Both the position numbers and the translations under genes were made by a program. A stretch of 64,000 bases of DNA from Macrostomum hystrix (taxonomy: Eukaryota; Animalia; Platyhelminthes). Below the pieces are notes generated by a model. That model saw only the letters and a list, made by a program, of their open reading frames with translations, was not told the origin of the DNA and searched no databases. The stretch lies in NCBI GenBank assembly GCA_950097015.1, contig CATNEN010000001.1:26040001-26104000 (forward strand). Direction: 5' to 3'. Shown here piece after piece: positions 11,434 to 24,400 of this stretch (its first letter is position 1; each line of letters opens with the position of its first letter).

Positions 11434-12324
11434 AAAAAATGCGCAACTGCAACGTATTAAATCAGATTTTTTCTTTAATATTAAAAGGTACAAGGGCGTC
11501 CCATGCAGGCAGTGTACAAACATATATATTAGGCATTCATAGCAAAGTCTAAATTCAACAAGGCAGCTTTAAGAACAGGCACATAAAACGCATTCTAAGA
11601 AATAAAAACTTTCATTCACTGAAAAGCAGAATAGATTATCCATGTGGACACTACTTAAAGTAGATCAACCTCTGACTGTTTTGTACACAGATTTACAACT
11701 GAACGCTTTAAAGGTGAAATGGCTTTTACTTTGACATCAGCAGTACTTCTCCTGTTTTAGCCAACTAAAATAAAAATTAAAGTATGCAAAAGCGGAACAA
11801 AATCTAAGTAAAAAAGATTCCATTTAGCAAGCGAATCTGCAGTTCATCAGCAGCGAATGAAAATCAGATTTTCTCATAAACGGAAAATGTTAGTTGCCTG
11901 GTGGTTCCGCGATCAATCCAAATACGAACGCTACCCCGGATCTGCTTTTAACAGTGGAAACACCGTATAAAACTGTAAATTTTGATCCAAATGGTGGACC
12001 CTCTCGACAATCGGTCATTCAGTGGCATTGCGTTCTTTACCTTGATTCAAATGAGAAGGTGCTACGGGGAAAACTGTGAAAATTTTCAAGTACTTAGTGT
12101 CGAAATTGTTTAGGAAAACTAGCTGATCAAATTTGACCCTTCACGACACGTTGACATCGAGGTTTGACGTCGCGAAATTTGATGCTCGCAGAATCGAGAG
12201 CAGCAATGAATTTTTTTGCCTTGTGGATACATGAACATTAATCACGCACTGTCAGAGCTAAACCAATAGCAGATACATTATAGTATGAATCGATTGGCCC
12301 TCTAAATTGAGTCTCCTAATGATT

Positions 12325-13371
12325 TCAATGCGTTGACTGGCTGCTGCTGGGCTGCTCGGAGCCGCCACCAGCACCGGAGCTGCCCTCGGCGCCACCGCCG
12401 GTGGCCCCGACTCCGCCAGAATTTCCAAGCAAATCGATGCGCTCAATCACTTCCGTCTCTTTGCGATCGGAAACACGAATGGCACCGCCTTGTTGCTGCT
12501 GCTGCTGCTGGTGATGCAGCTGGTGCTGCTGCTGGGGCAGGCGGGTCCGGCGCACAATCGGAGGCAAGACTGCACCGGAGCCTTTGAAGCCAGCGGTGGC
12601 GCCACCACTCAGAGCCCGAAGATGTGGCGGCGCCGCAGTCGGGATCATCGCCGAGGCATGGAGGACGAGATTTGATGGCAGAGGATTCTGAGGCGGCTGC
12701 TGCTGCTGTTGAAGGCTGCCGCCGCCTTTGGATGGCATCTGAAGCCGGCGGATGAAGATCGGGCCTCCGCTGCTGTTCAACGAGGAGGAGCCGGCATCTG
12801 CTGTCGACGGCGGCGGCGGCGGCGACGGGGAAGCAACGGAGGCGGCCGAGACGGCTGCGGCGGCGGCCGCGGTGGCGGCGGCGTGGAAAGCCCTTAGCTG
12901 GTCCAGCTCCGCCTCGTAGGCCAGGTTGCGCTGCTCAGAGGCGTCGTACTTGGCGGCCAGGGCTTCCACCTTGGCTCGCAGCTCCGTCAGCTCTTTCTCT
13001 CGACTGGTCAAGGCGCGTCGAAGCTCCTCTTCGCGACCGCCGCGGAGCGGCGCCAGCTTTGCGGCCCGGCTGACAGCCGACGTTGCTGCGGCATCTTCGT
13101 GAATGGAAGTCGTTGCTGCTGACGTCGCCGACGTCATTGAGAGTCGAAAGCTTAGCTCTGCGTTTGCAAGTTAAAATAATATTTTTCCCTGAAGCCAAGA
13201 CAATTCATGGGTACGAGTATTTTAGATTGCCGAGAAAGCATTTCGATTACCTGAGCACTTGGTCTGTAAGCGCGACATCTCTTGGTGGAGTCCGCGCAGA
13301 GTTTCGGCATGCTGCTCCTGCAGATAGAGGAGGCTGCTTTCTAAGCTTCTGATCCGACTCTCCGCCTCCAT
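12325..13371 (-). CDS. CCDC92: CCDC92/CCDC74-family coiled-coil protein (exons 13371-13251, 13157-12325; ~317 aa)
   Basis: Spliced N-terminus MEAESRIRSLESSLLYLQEQHAETLRGLHQEMSRLQTKCSELSFRL matches the CCDC92/74 N-terminal motif (L.Q.H..TL.GLH.E..RLQ..C..L...L); second coiled coil follows; phase-1 GT/AG join. Confidence 0.8.
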
Positions 13372-14899
13372 AAGCTGAAATGTTTTTAGGATATCTTTTT
13401 GAAATTTGGCCCTCTAAATCCGTTTTTAATATAGACATATTTATTCCGTTTTTTCGAAAACATTTTTAACGATATGGTATGTTGTACTTGAAAAATCTGC
13501 ATTTCTTCATGAAGAAATTCAAAGCAAAGCCTGACCAAGATCAAATAAAAAACTTGAAAATAGATTCAAGGTGAGGTAGTTTCTATTAGGGTGTATTTTT
13601 AACTAAGATTATTTCAGTAATAAATTACGAATATAAAAAACTAAATTTTCCTTATTTCATTCCACTTTTCGCAGTACACAGTTCATTTTTATGTAACATA
13701 TCCTGCTAAATGCAATTATAAATTATAAATCAAGATTTTTTCTAACATATACAGAAAAAATCGGTCTAACATTTACTAGGTTTTTCAATGGAAACTGGTG
13801 TCATAATTTCTATATAAGTATCAACTTCGCTATGTCATGGGCAAAGTGATGACTAAATTTTACGATGGCTGTTCCAATAAAATGTTTATAATCTAACCAA
13901 AACAAGCTAAAAGTAGCAATAAATTTGAATAAATGCGCGTCATTCAATCAACAAATCAACGCTTGTGAATCACGAACTAGTCTAAAGACCCATGCTATGG
14001 GCCTATGTTTTGTTAACCAGTGGAGATAAAAGCGAATTTAAGTGGCAGAATTGGACAGAACAAGCCTTAAATGAATCTTACGCAGTAAAAGATCAAATAG
14101 CAATAAATAAATAAAAACACCAGTAGAAAATATTAAATGTTTCGATTATTCCAAAATATGTATCATTTATAAAACTAAAAAAGTTGCATTTACCTTGCTT
14201 ACATCTAAAGTTTAAAGAACGTGTGTATTGCTTTAAATTAAGTTGTTATTCAGTACATCGTTTTGATAATAAAAAGATCAGTGGAGAAAAATAAAATAAT
14301 AAACAATGTCACATTTGTTTTTCGGTCTGTGTTTCGAAGAAAATTTTTGAATTTTTGAGGGCAGCGTGATGGTAACAAGCCCTTGATCGGTCTGGGTTAT
14401 GGATTGCTCGAAGCATAATGATAATATGCTCAGAGCATAATGATAATATTGCTCTTTTTTCCTTTATATGTTTTGCTTGCGGTTCTTGGTTGTGATTCTG
14501 CTATATTTTTATTCGGTCTGAAAAATTCATGCAGGCAATTTTTATTTTTTAGCATAATAATTGTTGTATATATGTTGTATGTTGTATTGTTGTTGTTGTA
14601 TATTTTTGACTTCTTGTCTATAAATTGCATTGTAGTGACTTCGGTGAATTGGATATCATTTTCATTAGATTTTTAGCCAATTTAGTTTTAGAACCAAAGT
14701 CGGTTTCCTATTTGGCTATTTTTTATGTATATGCTAGAATTAGAATAAGGATAGCTTTGCCCTCTTTTATAGATAATTTATACTTTCTCATCTCTATGCT
14801 TGCATGCAATGTTTATCAGTTTTCCATATTTAATATAATTTTAGTAAATAAAAAACAAAGTGGAAATAAAATGATTTTATATTGCACAAATTCATTTCT

Positions 14900-15293
14900 G
14901 ACGATTGTGCAGTTTCCCGCTCTAAATTATTTTCACCCTTTTTTCAAACTTTTCAAATATTAAACAAGTGTAAAAATGCAAGTTTGCAAGTTCAAGTTCA
15001 TGTCCGCACGTTTGCACTTACACAGGGTAGTAGTCCATTATCCAGTAGAGGATATTGCCAAACTGGCGTTCGGGGAAGGCTCGGCGCCACATAAACTCCT
15101 GCAGGTATGTTTCAAATAAACTGTCATAGGTTCCGTGCATGGCTTGATACTTCGCCTTGCAATTTACCCACATTACCTCGACGGTATTCATGTTAGATGC
15201 TTGGTTGTTGGGGTCCCTCAGCCATACTAGTAGTAGCTGAAAAGTTCGAAAAAAGGGTGAAAATAATTTAAAGCGGGAAACTGCACAATTGCC
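14900..15293 (-). mobile_element. Internally deleted Merlin (IS1016/ISXO2-like) DNA transposon
   Basis: ~45-bp TIRs (ggcaattgtgcagtttcccgc...); 8-bp TSD tcatttct/tcatttat; internal transposase C-terminus DPNNQASNMNTVEVMWVNCKAKYQAMHGTYDSLFETYLQEFMWRRAF ending at 15018. Confidence 0.8.
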
Positions 15294-15359
15294 TCATTTA
15301 TTAATATCAGCTTAGAAAACCAATGACATGGCAATGTGCTAGAACCAAGGTTTTTATTA

Positions 15360-15382
15360 TCTATATATATAAAAGTGAAAAC

Positions 15383-15414
<32 letters not shown>

Positions 15415-17248
15415 AGTGTGTGTGTGTGTGTGCAACCTTTTGTCTTTATAGACGCCGAAACCGCTCAACCAAATCGCACCAAACTTTGCACATACCTAAA
15501 ACCACCTACGCTGAGTGCAATAGGCTACTCAAATTCCCGAAAAATCATTTCCTTACTGCTCAAAAGTGCAAAAAACTGCTCAAAAATCGTCAAAAAATCA
15601 CTCAATTCGACATATCGTCGCCCCACTTTGTCAGATTTTCTCCAAATTTGATCCACTTACACTTTACATGTTTTCCAACAATGCTGTAAATTTTGAACAT
15701 CTCTACTCAATCCAGAGCAAAGCTGCATCATCTCAAAGTGAGTCACTTTTTGTTTTCCGAGGACAGCCACCCCAACTCCCCTTCGCCACTCTGCGGGCCA
15801 AATTTTATACAGCCACCCCCTCCCTTCCCCAGGCGCCGAAGCCCCAGACTGTACATTGTATTTCAAGCCGTGAATGTACACAGCCCAAACCCCTAGACTG
15901 TCTACTGGCCCCCAAGCAGCACTGAGACTGAGTGCGGTGAGTGCGGTGGCATCCCAGTGAGCAGGGCTCTCCGGTCAATATTTCTCTCCAGCCAGCCTTG
16001 GATAGAAGAAAGAGAGAGGCCGCTCAAAGGCCACAGGACACTACTCTTACTGCTTTCTTCAAGTTGTGCGCTGAAGACCCCTTTGCCAGGACTTTGCTGT
16101 ACCACCAGGTGCCTGCCTATTACACATGGAACGCCTCTTCGAAAGGATGGAAGCGGCGGGTTCAAGGCGCTGCAGTTCCGGGCCATCCTGAAATACGACA
16201 GACTGATGCATTAGCCAGAGTGTACACGGTGCACCCAAACCACCCGTGAATGCTACTACCTACTTATATTGCTAACACACCGTGATTGGTCCGACGTCAT
16301 TTAGACACATTAGAACGGTGGAAGGCCATACCTGCCAAACTTTTCATGAAGCATGTCAGCGACTGGGACTGCTGGAAGATGATGCTCAATGGAGAGCGAC
16401 ATTGGAGGAAGCGGCAATGGTGCGCTCACCAAGTCACCTGCGAGATCTCTTTGCCATCATGGTTGCCACCTGTGGTCTCTCTGATCCACTTCAGCTTTGG
16501 GAAACATTCAAAGAACCCATGGCCGAAGACATTCTCTTCCGGGCGCGATTCGTGGCTCAGGAGCCAGAGTTGCCATTCACAGAAGCAGTGTTTAACGAGG
16601 CCCTGCTGCGCATTGAGGACAAGGTGCTGGAGTTGACCGATCGCTATCTAGATTATTTTGGACTCCCAAAAGCAAACAGGACAGGACAACAGGACAACCT
16701 GTGCAGGGAGATGCTGCGAGAAAGAGGCTATGACCAGGAGCAGCTGGGACAGTTCATAGAGGAGAATGAGCCCCGACTCATGCCTGAGCAGCTAGAGGCG
16801 TACCGCGAGCTATTGCGCAGAGCCAGTCGCAGCACTGGCGCCCCTTTTCGGCCGCTTGCGCCCCTTTTTCAGCCGCTGGCTCCCGTTTTCAGCCGCTGGC
16901 ACCCTTTCTTGGCTCCTGGCACCCTTTTTCGGCTGCTGGCACCCCCTCTGTGATTCTCATGGCGCTCCCCTGACAGACCGCCCCAAAACAAAATTCCTGG
17001 ATCTGCCACTGACTGTATAGAGGAGTGGCTAAGAGACATGTTTCTAAAGAAGTAATCAAGAGGGGGCTGTTTGGACAAACTTTTCACTTATTTTTTACTT
17101 AAAACGCCCTTAAACAAACTCTTCACTTTTCATTAATGCAGTAAATAAATAAATGGTGACCTTCACTATAAAGTTAATACAGAGACGTGAATTGCTTACT
17201 GCTTTGCTTTAAATTTCTGCCCCAAAAACAACGGGCAAAAAAAGCTAG
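15360..17248 (+). mobile_element. Internally deleted Helitron with Rep/helicase fragments
   Basis: 5' a|TCtatatatataaaa followed by (TG)n; RepHel peptides TTLTAFFKLC...LLYHQVPAYYTWN, VYTVHP, GPTSF..IRTV.G....TF.EAC..LGLLEDD.QW..TLEEAA (15990-16830, frameshifted); 3' gccc...gggc hairpin then CTAG|t at 17245-17249. Confidence 0.9.
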
Positions 17249-17729
17249 TAAGTTTATTATTATTATCATCAGATTGTGGACACAATACACAGTGCTGATA
17301 TTTAATATACATTTATTGTGTGTTAATGAAAAAACATGAAAATAAGATAAGTGACAAACATATTTTTTTACTTTAACTTATGGACTATCAACATTAAAAT
17401 AATGCTATATTATAATATAATTTTTAGGTTATAATAAAAGAGCAGTTTGCTTAGTAAGCAAAAGTATGTCTTAACTACTTATTCAATGTTACAAACATTT
17501 TCATTTCAAAGTTCCAATCTTAGAGAAAGAAACTAGTAGGCCTAATAATGCCAAGAACCAAGTTATTAATTGTGGTAATAGACAAGGCAATCTTCTCGTT
17601 TTCTGTGTATTATTATAAATCATTTTATTGTTTCTTTCAAAACTTTCTACCAATCTGCTGACTGCAATCATACTTTTTTATGGCTAGAAGACCCTGAGCA
17701 CCCTTTTGTGTCATCCCTGAGGATGGCAG

Positions 17730-17830
17730 CCTTGATTTTGTGAACCCCAATGACACAATCTACTCCAATACCATGAATAGGTTTTGGATCCATATCAAGG
17801 CCAAATTAAAGGCAATGCATGGCACCTTTG
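17730..17830 (+). mobile_element. Second degraded Merlin/ISXO2-like transposase fragment
   Basis: Translates DFVNPNDTIYSNTMNRFWIHIKAKLKAMHGT, similar to the peptide at 15018-15220. Confidence 0.55.
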
Positions 17831-18473
17831 ATTCATTTTTTTAATAGCAATACTAATGAATATCCATGGGACTGTTTTCCTTGCAGAGTATATAAACAGC
17901 CCTATAGGAAGCCAAGCAACTTCTTATATACTCCCATTTTAGTCATTTGTTCATATATGACATGCATCAGTACATGGGCACATGATTCAGATTTTTATTG
18001 TGTTAAGAAGTTAAGAGATATTATAAAAGTTTTGTTTCTTTCAGGGTTTTGTTTCTTTCTTTTCGAAATTTTTGCTTTTCTGCCAAACATATTTAATTCC
18101 TTTAAAACTTGATAGTAAGACTTTAGCCAGATCAAAACTAAATAACCATGTATTTTGGACAGCTTTTTGATGAAGTTTAATTGTGATTTATGATCATCTA
18201 GGCAAGGTTAGTTCACATTTTACTAAACTACTCAAACTTCAAATTAATATTTATAAAATGTTTTTTGCTGTATAAGCTCTTTGTGTGACTATGTGACTTA
18301 ACTTTTGCTGATACTACCAAAAACTGTTTAAAATTTGAAATTTTTTAGATTTTCAACATAACTTGAGCTTATATTTCTTTACTTTCAGAGATACTGTCTC
18401 AATTTTTTCTTTGAATAAGCTTTAACCATTGATTCAGAAACAGTTTTGGACATCCACTTTGACCCAAGTGATT

Positions 18474-21400
18474 ATGGACACAAGTCAGTCTGGCAGTTAT
18501 AGTTGCTTAGATGACACTGCAGCTGCCACTGCTACTATAGGTGCTGCTGACATGGCTCCAGGTATGTCATCTCTGCTATCGGACAGCCTGATGCTTCAAG
18601 AGACCCCAGCTGCTGCAACTGCAGCTTCTGTAGCTGAGTCTAGGAGTGCTAGTGCGGCTGCTTCTAGAGGAAATCGGATGAAGGTTGGTGGAATATTTAT
18701 GCGAATCAGTTTTTATTAAGAGCAGCAAGCCTAACCTGCGTCTTTATCCCCATCTGCACACACAGGTGTACTTGCGCGTTCGTCCAATCACAGCTAGCGA
18801 GCTAGCCAGCTGTGCGGCTTGCGCCAATATGGACAATCAGACTGGAATCAATAACAACATTAATAATAGTACTAAAAGTAGTAGCAACCGCTGCTTCATT
18901 GTGGACACTGCCGGGGCTTCGGTGATAACTAGAACACCGGCTCCAGCTGCTGTCGCTGGTGTCTCAGAAGCTGCCCCTTCTGACGACTGTCCGGCCGCTT
19001 CAGCAACGTCCGCCGCCGCCTCCGGGTCGGCATCGTCGGGCGGCGGCGAGCGCGTCACCAACCGGTTCGCTTTCAGCGGCGTGTTCGACGAATCGGTGGA
19101 TCAGGCCGGGCTGTACGCTGGCACTGTGGCTGAGACCATGCGACAGCTGGCCATTGGCACCCTGGCCAGCGGACTGGTCTTCAACTATGGAGTGACCAGC
19201 TCGGGCAAGACCTTCACTGTACAAGTAAGTACAGGGTTGGATTCAGGATTTGCGATAAACTAACTTTCACAGCCGTCCGCAAGCATCGTCGAGATGTTCA
19301 GCGAGTCTTGTCGAAGACCCTGGTGACAAGGACAGCTGACATTGCTCTGTGTGAACATCTTTGGCGAATTCATATCGGCTTAAAAGTGTATAAATTAACA
19401 ATAGAATCAACACAATATTTAACAATATTTAGCGAAGTAATGCGGAATTGTCAACAGACTAGAAAAACAAAGTCCATCAAAACGCACAGAGAGAGCTTTG
19501 AGTCAGAGTTTCGAAGCCACTGGACTCAGAGGATGGGAAAATCAGCCAAGCTCAGCCACTTCCATTACACGTTTAAGAAAGATTTCTCCAGAGAAAAGTA
19601 CCTAACAATAATCTCTAACCCAGAACAAAGGCGCACAATGTCCCGATTTCGTCTAGGAAACCACAAACTGGCCTGCGAGACAGTGCGCAGTGCAAGACCG
19701 AAAATCGCCTATGAAAACAGAACATGTCCAAAATGTAGAGTCGAGGTAGAGAACGATACTCATTCTCTTTGGATGCGATTGGTCCGTTTATTTTCCAATT
19801 AGAAATAAATTCATAGAGAAAGTAGCAGGTACTGTTCGAAATTTCGAAAGCCTAACAGCTGATGACAAAATTGTGTATTTAATGACACAGGAAAGCACAG
19901 AATTAACAGAAAGTTTTGTGGACTTCATAGAAAGCATAATGCCTTTGTTTACAAATTTCTAATATGTTATTCACATAAAATTAATCTAATGCATGCTACT
20001 GTTTATCGCCGTTTTTATCAAATCGTTCGGCCTTCTTACCATCGTCAAATAAACAAAAGAATCAGCACCCGATCGGTGTGCGCACTTCAATGATAATAAT
20101 AACAATAGACCACAACCCCCTTCTGGTCCTTCTACTGTTGAGAGCCTTCTGTCTGCGGCTGCGCCCTTAAAGAATGTGGCCTCGTCGCGGAATCGAGCTC
20201 AGGGACCTTGGTGCGAGAGACAAACGGCCCCCCTATTACGGCCGTTTTTTGGGGCGATCGGTTTTTAGATTCGGTGCTTCAGTTTTATTTAAAATCTTTA
20301 TTTTTTCAATAATTGTTTTCAAGTCAGTTGCTTTAGTATTGAATGAATGATATTCTCACCCCAATGTTCAATAAACTCCTCTATCATGCCAGGGCACCCC
20401 GCAGTCTCCTGGCCTGCTGCCCCGCGCCCTCTCGGATCTGTTTCGTCGACTCGCCTGCAGCGATAAGCTGGCCGCCACTGCCGCTGGCTCCTGGGCAGCC
20501 GGCCTCCTGCCGTTCCGACCAGTCAGCTTCAACGAAGCGGCGCCGATGACGCCAGCTGAGGTGGCCGCAGCTCTCGCAGACACCCAGGCAGCCCTGAGTC
20601 GCTTCGAGCCTAATGATGCCTCTCTGGGAGACTGGTGAGTCGCTTTGCTCATAGTTTGCATTTTTAAGGCCTTTGATCCTTTAGTGTAACTGCCCTGAAT
20701 CCTTCACCGAGTGCCCTGAATCCTTCACCGAGTGCCCTGAATCCTTCACCGAGTGCCCTGAATCCTTCACCGAGTGCCCTGAGTCCTTCACCGAGTGCCC
20801 TGAATCCTTCACCGAGTGCCCTGAATCCTTCACCGAGTGCCCTGAATCCTTCACCGAGTGCCCTGAGTCCTTCACCGAGTGCCCTGAATCCTTCACCGAG
20901 TGCCCTGAATCCTTCACCGAGTGCCCTGAATCCTTTACTGAGTGCCCTGAATCCTTCAACGAGTGCCCTGAATCCTTCACCGAGTGCCCTGAGTCCTTTA
21001 CTGAGTGCCATGAATCCTTCACCAAGTGCCCTGAATTCTTCACCGAGTGCCCTGAATCCTTTACTGAGTGCCCTGAATCCTTTACTGAGTGCCCTGAATC
21101 CTTCACCGAGTGCCCTGAATCCTTCACCGAGTGCCCTGAATCCTTCACCGAGTGCCCTGAATCCTTTACTGAGTGCCCTGAATCCTTCAACGAGTGCCCT
21201 GAATCCTTCACCGAGTGCCCTGAATCCTTTACTGAGTGCCATGAATCCTTCACCAAGTGCCCTGAATTCTTCACCGAGTGCCCTGAATCCTTTACTGAGT
21301 GCCCTGAATCCTTTACTGAGTGCCCTGAATCCTTCACCGAGTGCCCTGAATCCTTCACCGAGTGCCCTGAATCCTTCACCGAGTGCCCTGAATCCTTTAC

Positions 21401-24400
21401 TGAGTGCCCTGAATACTTCACCGAGTGTCCTGAATCCTTCACCGAGTGCCCTGAATCCTTCACCGAGTGCCCTGAATCCTTCACCGAGTGTCCTGAATCC
21501 TTCACCTAGTGCCCTGAATCCTTCACCGAGTGCCCTGAATCCTTTACTGAGTGCCCTGAATCCTTCACCGAGTGTCCTGAATCCTTCACCGAGTGTCCTG
21601 AATCCTTCACCGAGTGTCCTGAATCCTTCACCGACTGTCCTGAATCCTTCACCGAGTGTCCTGAATCCTTCACCTAGTGCCCTGAATCCTTTACTGAGTG
21701 CCCTGAATCCTTTAATGAGTGCCCTGAATCCTTCACCGAGTGCCCTGAATCCTTTAGTTTGTGTGTCCTGAATCTTTCAGCGGGTGTTCTGAATCTTTCA
21801 GTGAGTGTCCTGAGTCTTTTACTGTTTCTCCTGAGTTCATGAGCAGCTCAAGCCTTAATGACTAGTCACTTGAGTATTCCTGAGTTCATGAGCAGCTCAA
21901 GCCTTAATGACTAGTCACTTGAGTATTCCTGAGTTCATGAGCAGCTCAAGCCTTAATGACTAGTCACTTGAGTATTCCTGAGTTCATGAGCAGCTCAAGC
22001 CTTAATGACTAGTCACTTGAGTATTCCTGAGTTCATGAGCAGCTCAAGCCTTAATGACTAGTCACTTGAGTATTCCTGAGTTCATGAGCAGCTCAAGCCT
22101 TAATGACTAGTCACTTGAGTATTCCTGAGTTCATGAGCAGCTCAAGCCTTAATGACTAGTCACTTGAGTATTCCTGAGTTCATGAGCAGCTCAAGCCTTA
22201 ATGACTAGTCACTTGAGTATTCCTGAACTGCAATCTCAGGCGGGGCGCCTCCTTAGGCCTGGCTGATTCCGAGGAACCGGCTGAGCCCGGCGAGCCAGCC
22301 GACCCGGACAGGCGCTACTCAGTTTGGGTCTCATGCGCCGAGATCTACAACGAGATTGTGTACGACCTGCTGGAGCCAATCAGCAGGCGCCGGCCTAATC
22401 GCACGGCGCTTGAGCTGCGCTCAGACCGCACCGGAGCAGTCTACGTCAAGGGCCTCCGCTGTCTGCCAGTGTCCAGCGCGGATGAAGCCTACAGGCTGGT
22501 GTTGCTGGGCAAGCAAAACCAGCAGGTTGCCGCCACCAAGCTCAACCAGCAGTCTTCTAGAAGTCACGCGCTGTTTGCCATCAGGCTGGTTCGATGTGTT
22601 AATAAACCAAAGCCACAGTTTAGCCAGGTAGTTTTCTGTTTGATTATGGTTGTTACCTGAAGCTGTGGTCCTCAAACCCCAGATACTTTGGTCCTTAAAC
22701 CCCACATACTTTGGTCCTTAAACCCATATACTTTGGTCCTCAAACCACAGATACTTTGGTCCTCAAACCACAGATACTTTGGTCCTCAAACCACAGATAC
22801 TTTGGTCCTCAAACCACAGATACTTTGGTCCTTAAACCCAGATACTTTGGTCCTCAAACCACAGATACTTTGGTCCTCAAACCACAGATACTTTGGTCCT
22901 CAAACCACAGATACTTTGGTCCTCAAACCACAGATACTTTGGTCCTCAAACCACAGATACTTTGGTCCTCAAACCACAGATACTTTGGTCCTTGAACCCC
23001 TAAAGCTTTAGTCCTCAAACTTCTGATAGATTTGGTCTAAAAGCCCATTAAACTTTGGTCCTCAAACCCGTGAAAATTGATTCAGTCCTGAAATCACTCA
23101 AGCTTTGGTCCTCAAACCCGTGAAGCTTTGGTCCTCAAACCCGTGAAGCTTTGGTCCTCAAACCTCAAAGGCTTTAGTCCTCAAGCCTGGAAATTCTCTC
23201 AATATCCACTAGTGAGATCCTCAAATCCCAGAGTCGATCGCACCTGTTTCTCAACCCATCGTCATTGTCTAGGTGTCCAGCCTGACCTTCTGCGATCTCG
23301 CCGGCTCCGAGAGACAGCGCGGCGCGGGCACCGCTGGCCAGGGCGATCGGACTCGCGAGGCCGGCAGCATCAACTCCAGCCTCCTCACTCTGCGGCGATG
23401 CGTTGAAACCCTTCAACGCAACCAGCGCTGCCAGCGCGCCTCCCTCCTCGTGCCGTTCAGGGACTCCAAGCTCACCCGCCTGCTGCAGCCCTACTTCAGC
23501 GGCAGCGGCCGGGCGGCTATGATTGTCAACATCTCGCAGTGCCCGGCCCTGTTCGACGAGACCGTGAATGCTTTGAAGTTCAGCTCGCTGGCTCGCAGCG
23601 TCATTGTCAGCGAGCCGACGCCCAAGCGTCTTCGACTGGCTGCCACCGCGGCCGCCACCGCAGCCGCTGCCAGAGCTTCGCCAGGCTACGGCGTCCTGAC
23701 AAAATCTTCGCTACTGGCGGCGCCCTGCGGTGGCAAAAGAGTCGCCCATCAGCTGATGGTCAACGCCGACGAGGATCAGGACGATGATGACGATGCCTCC
23801 GATGGCGATGATGGTGGAGCTCTGGATGTGACCTACGCTGATGAGGAAGAGGCTGAGATGGCAGACCTGGCCCAGATGAATAAGGAGGTGAGGCACGGAC
23901 AATTTTAGGGTTTGTGGTATAATAGTATCATTTTTACAATCCCAAGTTCTACAGTTCCTCTATTTTGTGTATGTTCTTTTGTTCGCCCGTAATTCTGTCT
24001 GTTCTGTGAGCCTGTCATTCAGTTTGCTCTGTGCGCCTGTCATTCTGTCTTTTCTGTGCGCCTGTCATTCCGTCTGTTCTGTGCGCCTGTCATTCTGTCT
24101 GTTCTGTAAGCCTGTCATTCTGTCTTTTCTGTGCGCCTGTCATTCTGTCGGTTCTGTAAGCCTGTCATTCTGTCTGTTCTGTGCGCCTGTCATTCTGTCT
24201 TTTCTGTGCGCCTGTCATTCTGCCTGTTTTGTAAGCCTGTCATTCTGTCTGTTCTGTAAGCCTGTCATTCTGTCTTTTCTGTGCGCCTGTCATTCTGTCT
24301 GTTCTGTAAGCCTGTCATTCTGTCCGTTCTGTGCGCCTGTCATTCTGTCTGTTTTGTAAGCCTGTCATTCAGAGGTTCATGACTTTCCGCTCATAAATTC

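Noticed and set aside
20664-21771. Long repetitive ORFs (also at 29385-30212, 32390-33678, 38809-39307, 60414-61478, 62441-63279)
   Set aside because: Translations of stop-free tandem repeats, open in several frames or strands and often inside introns.
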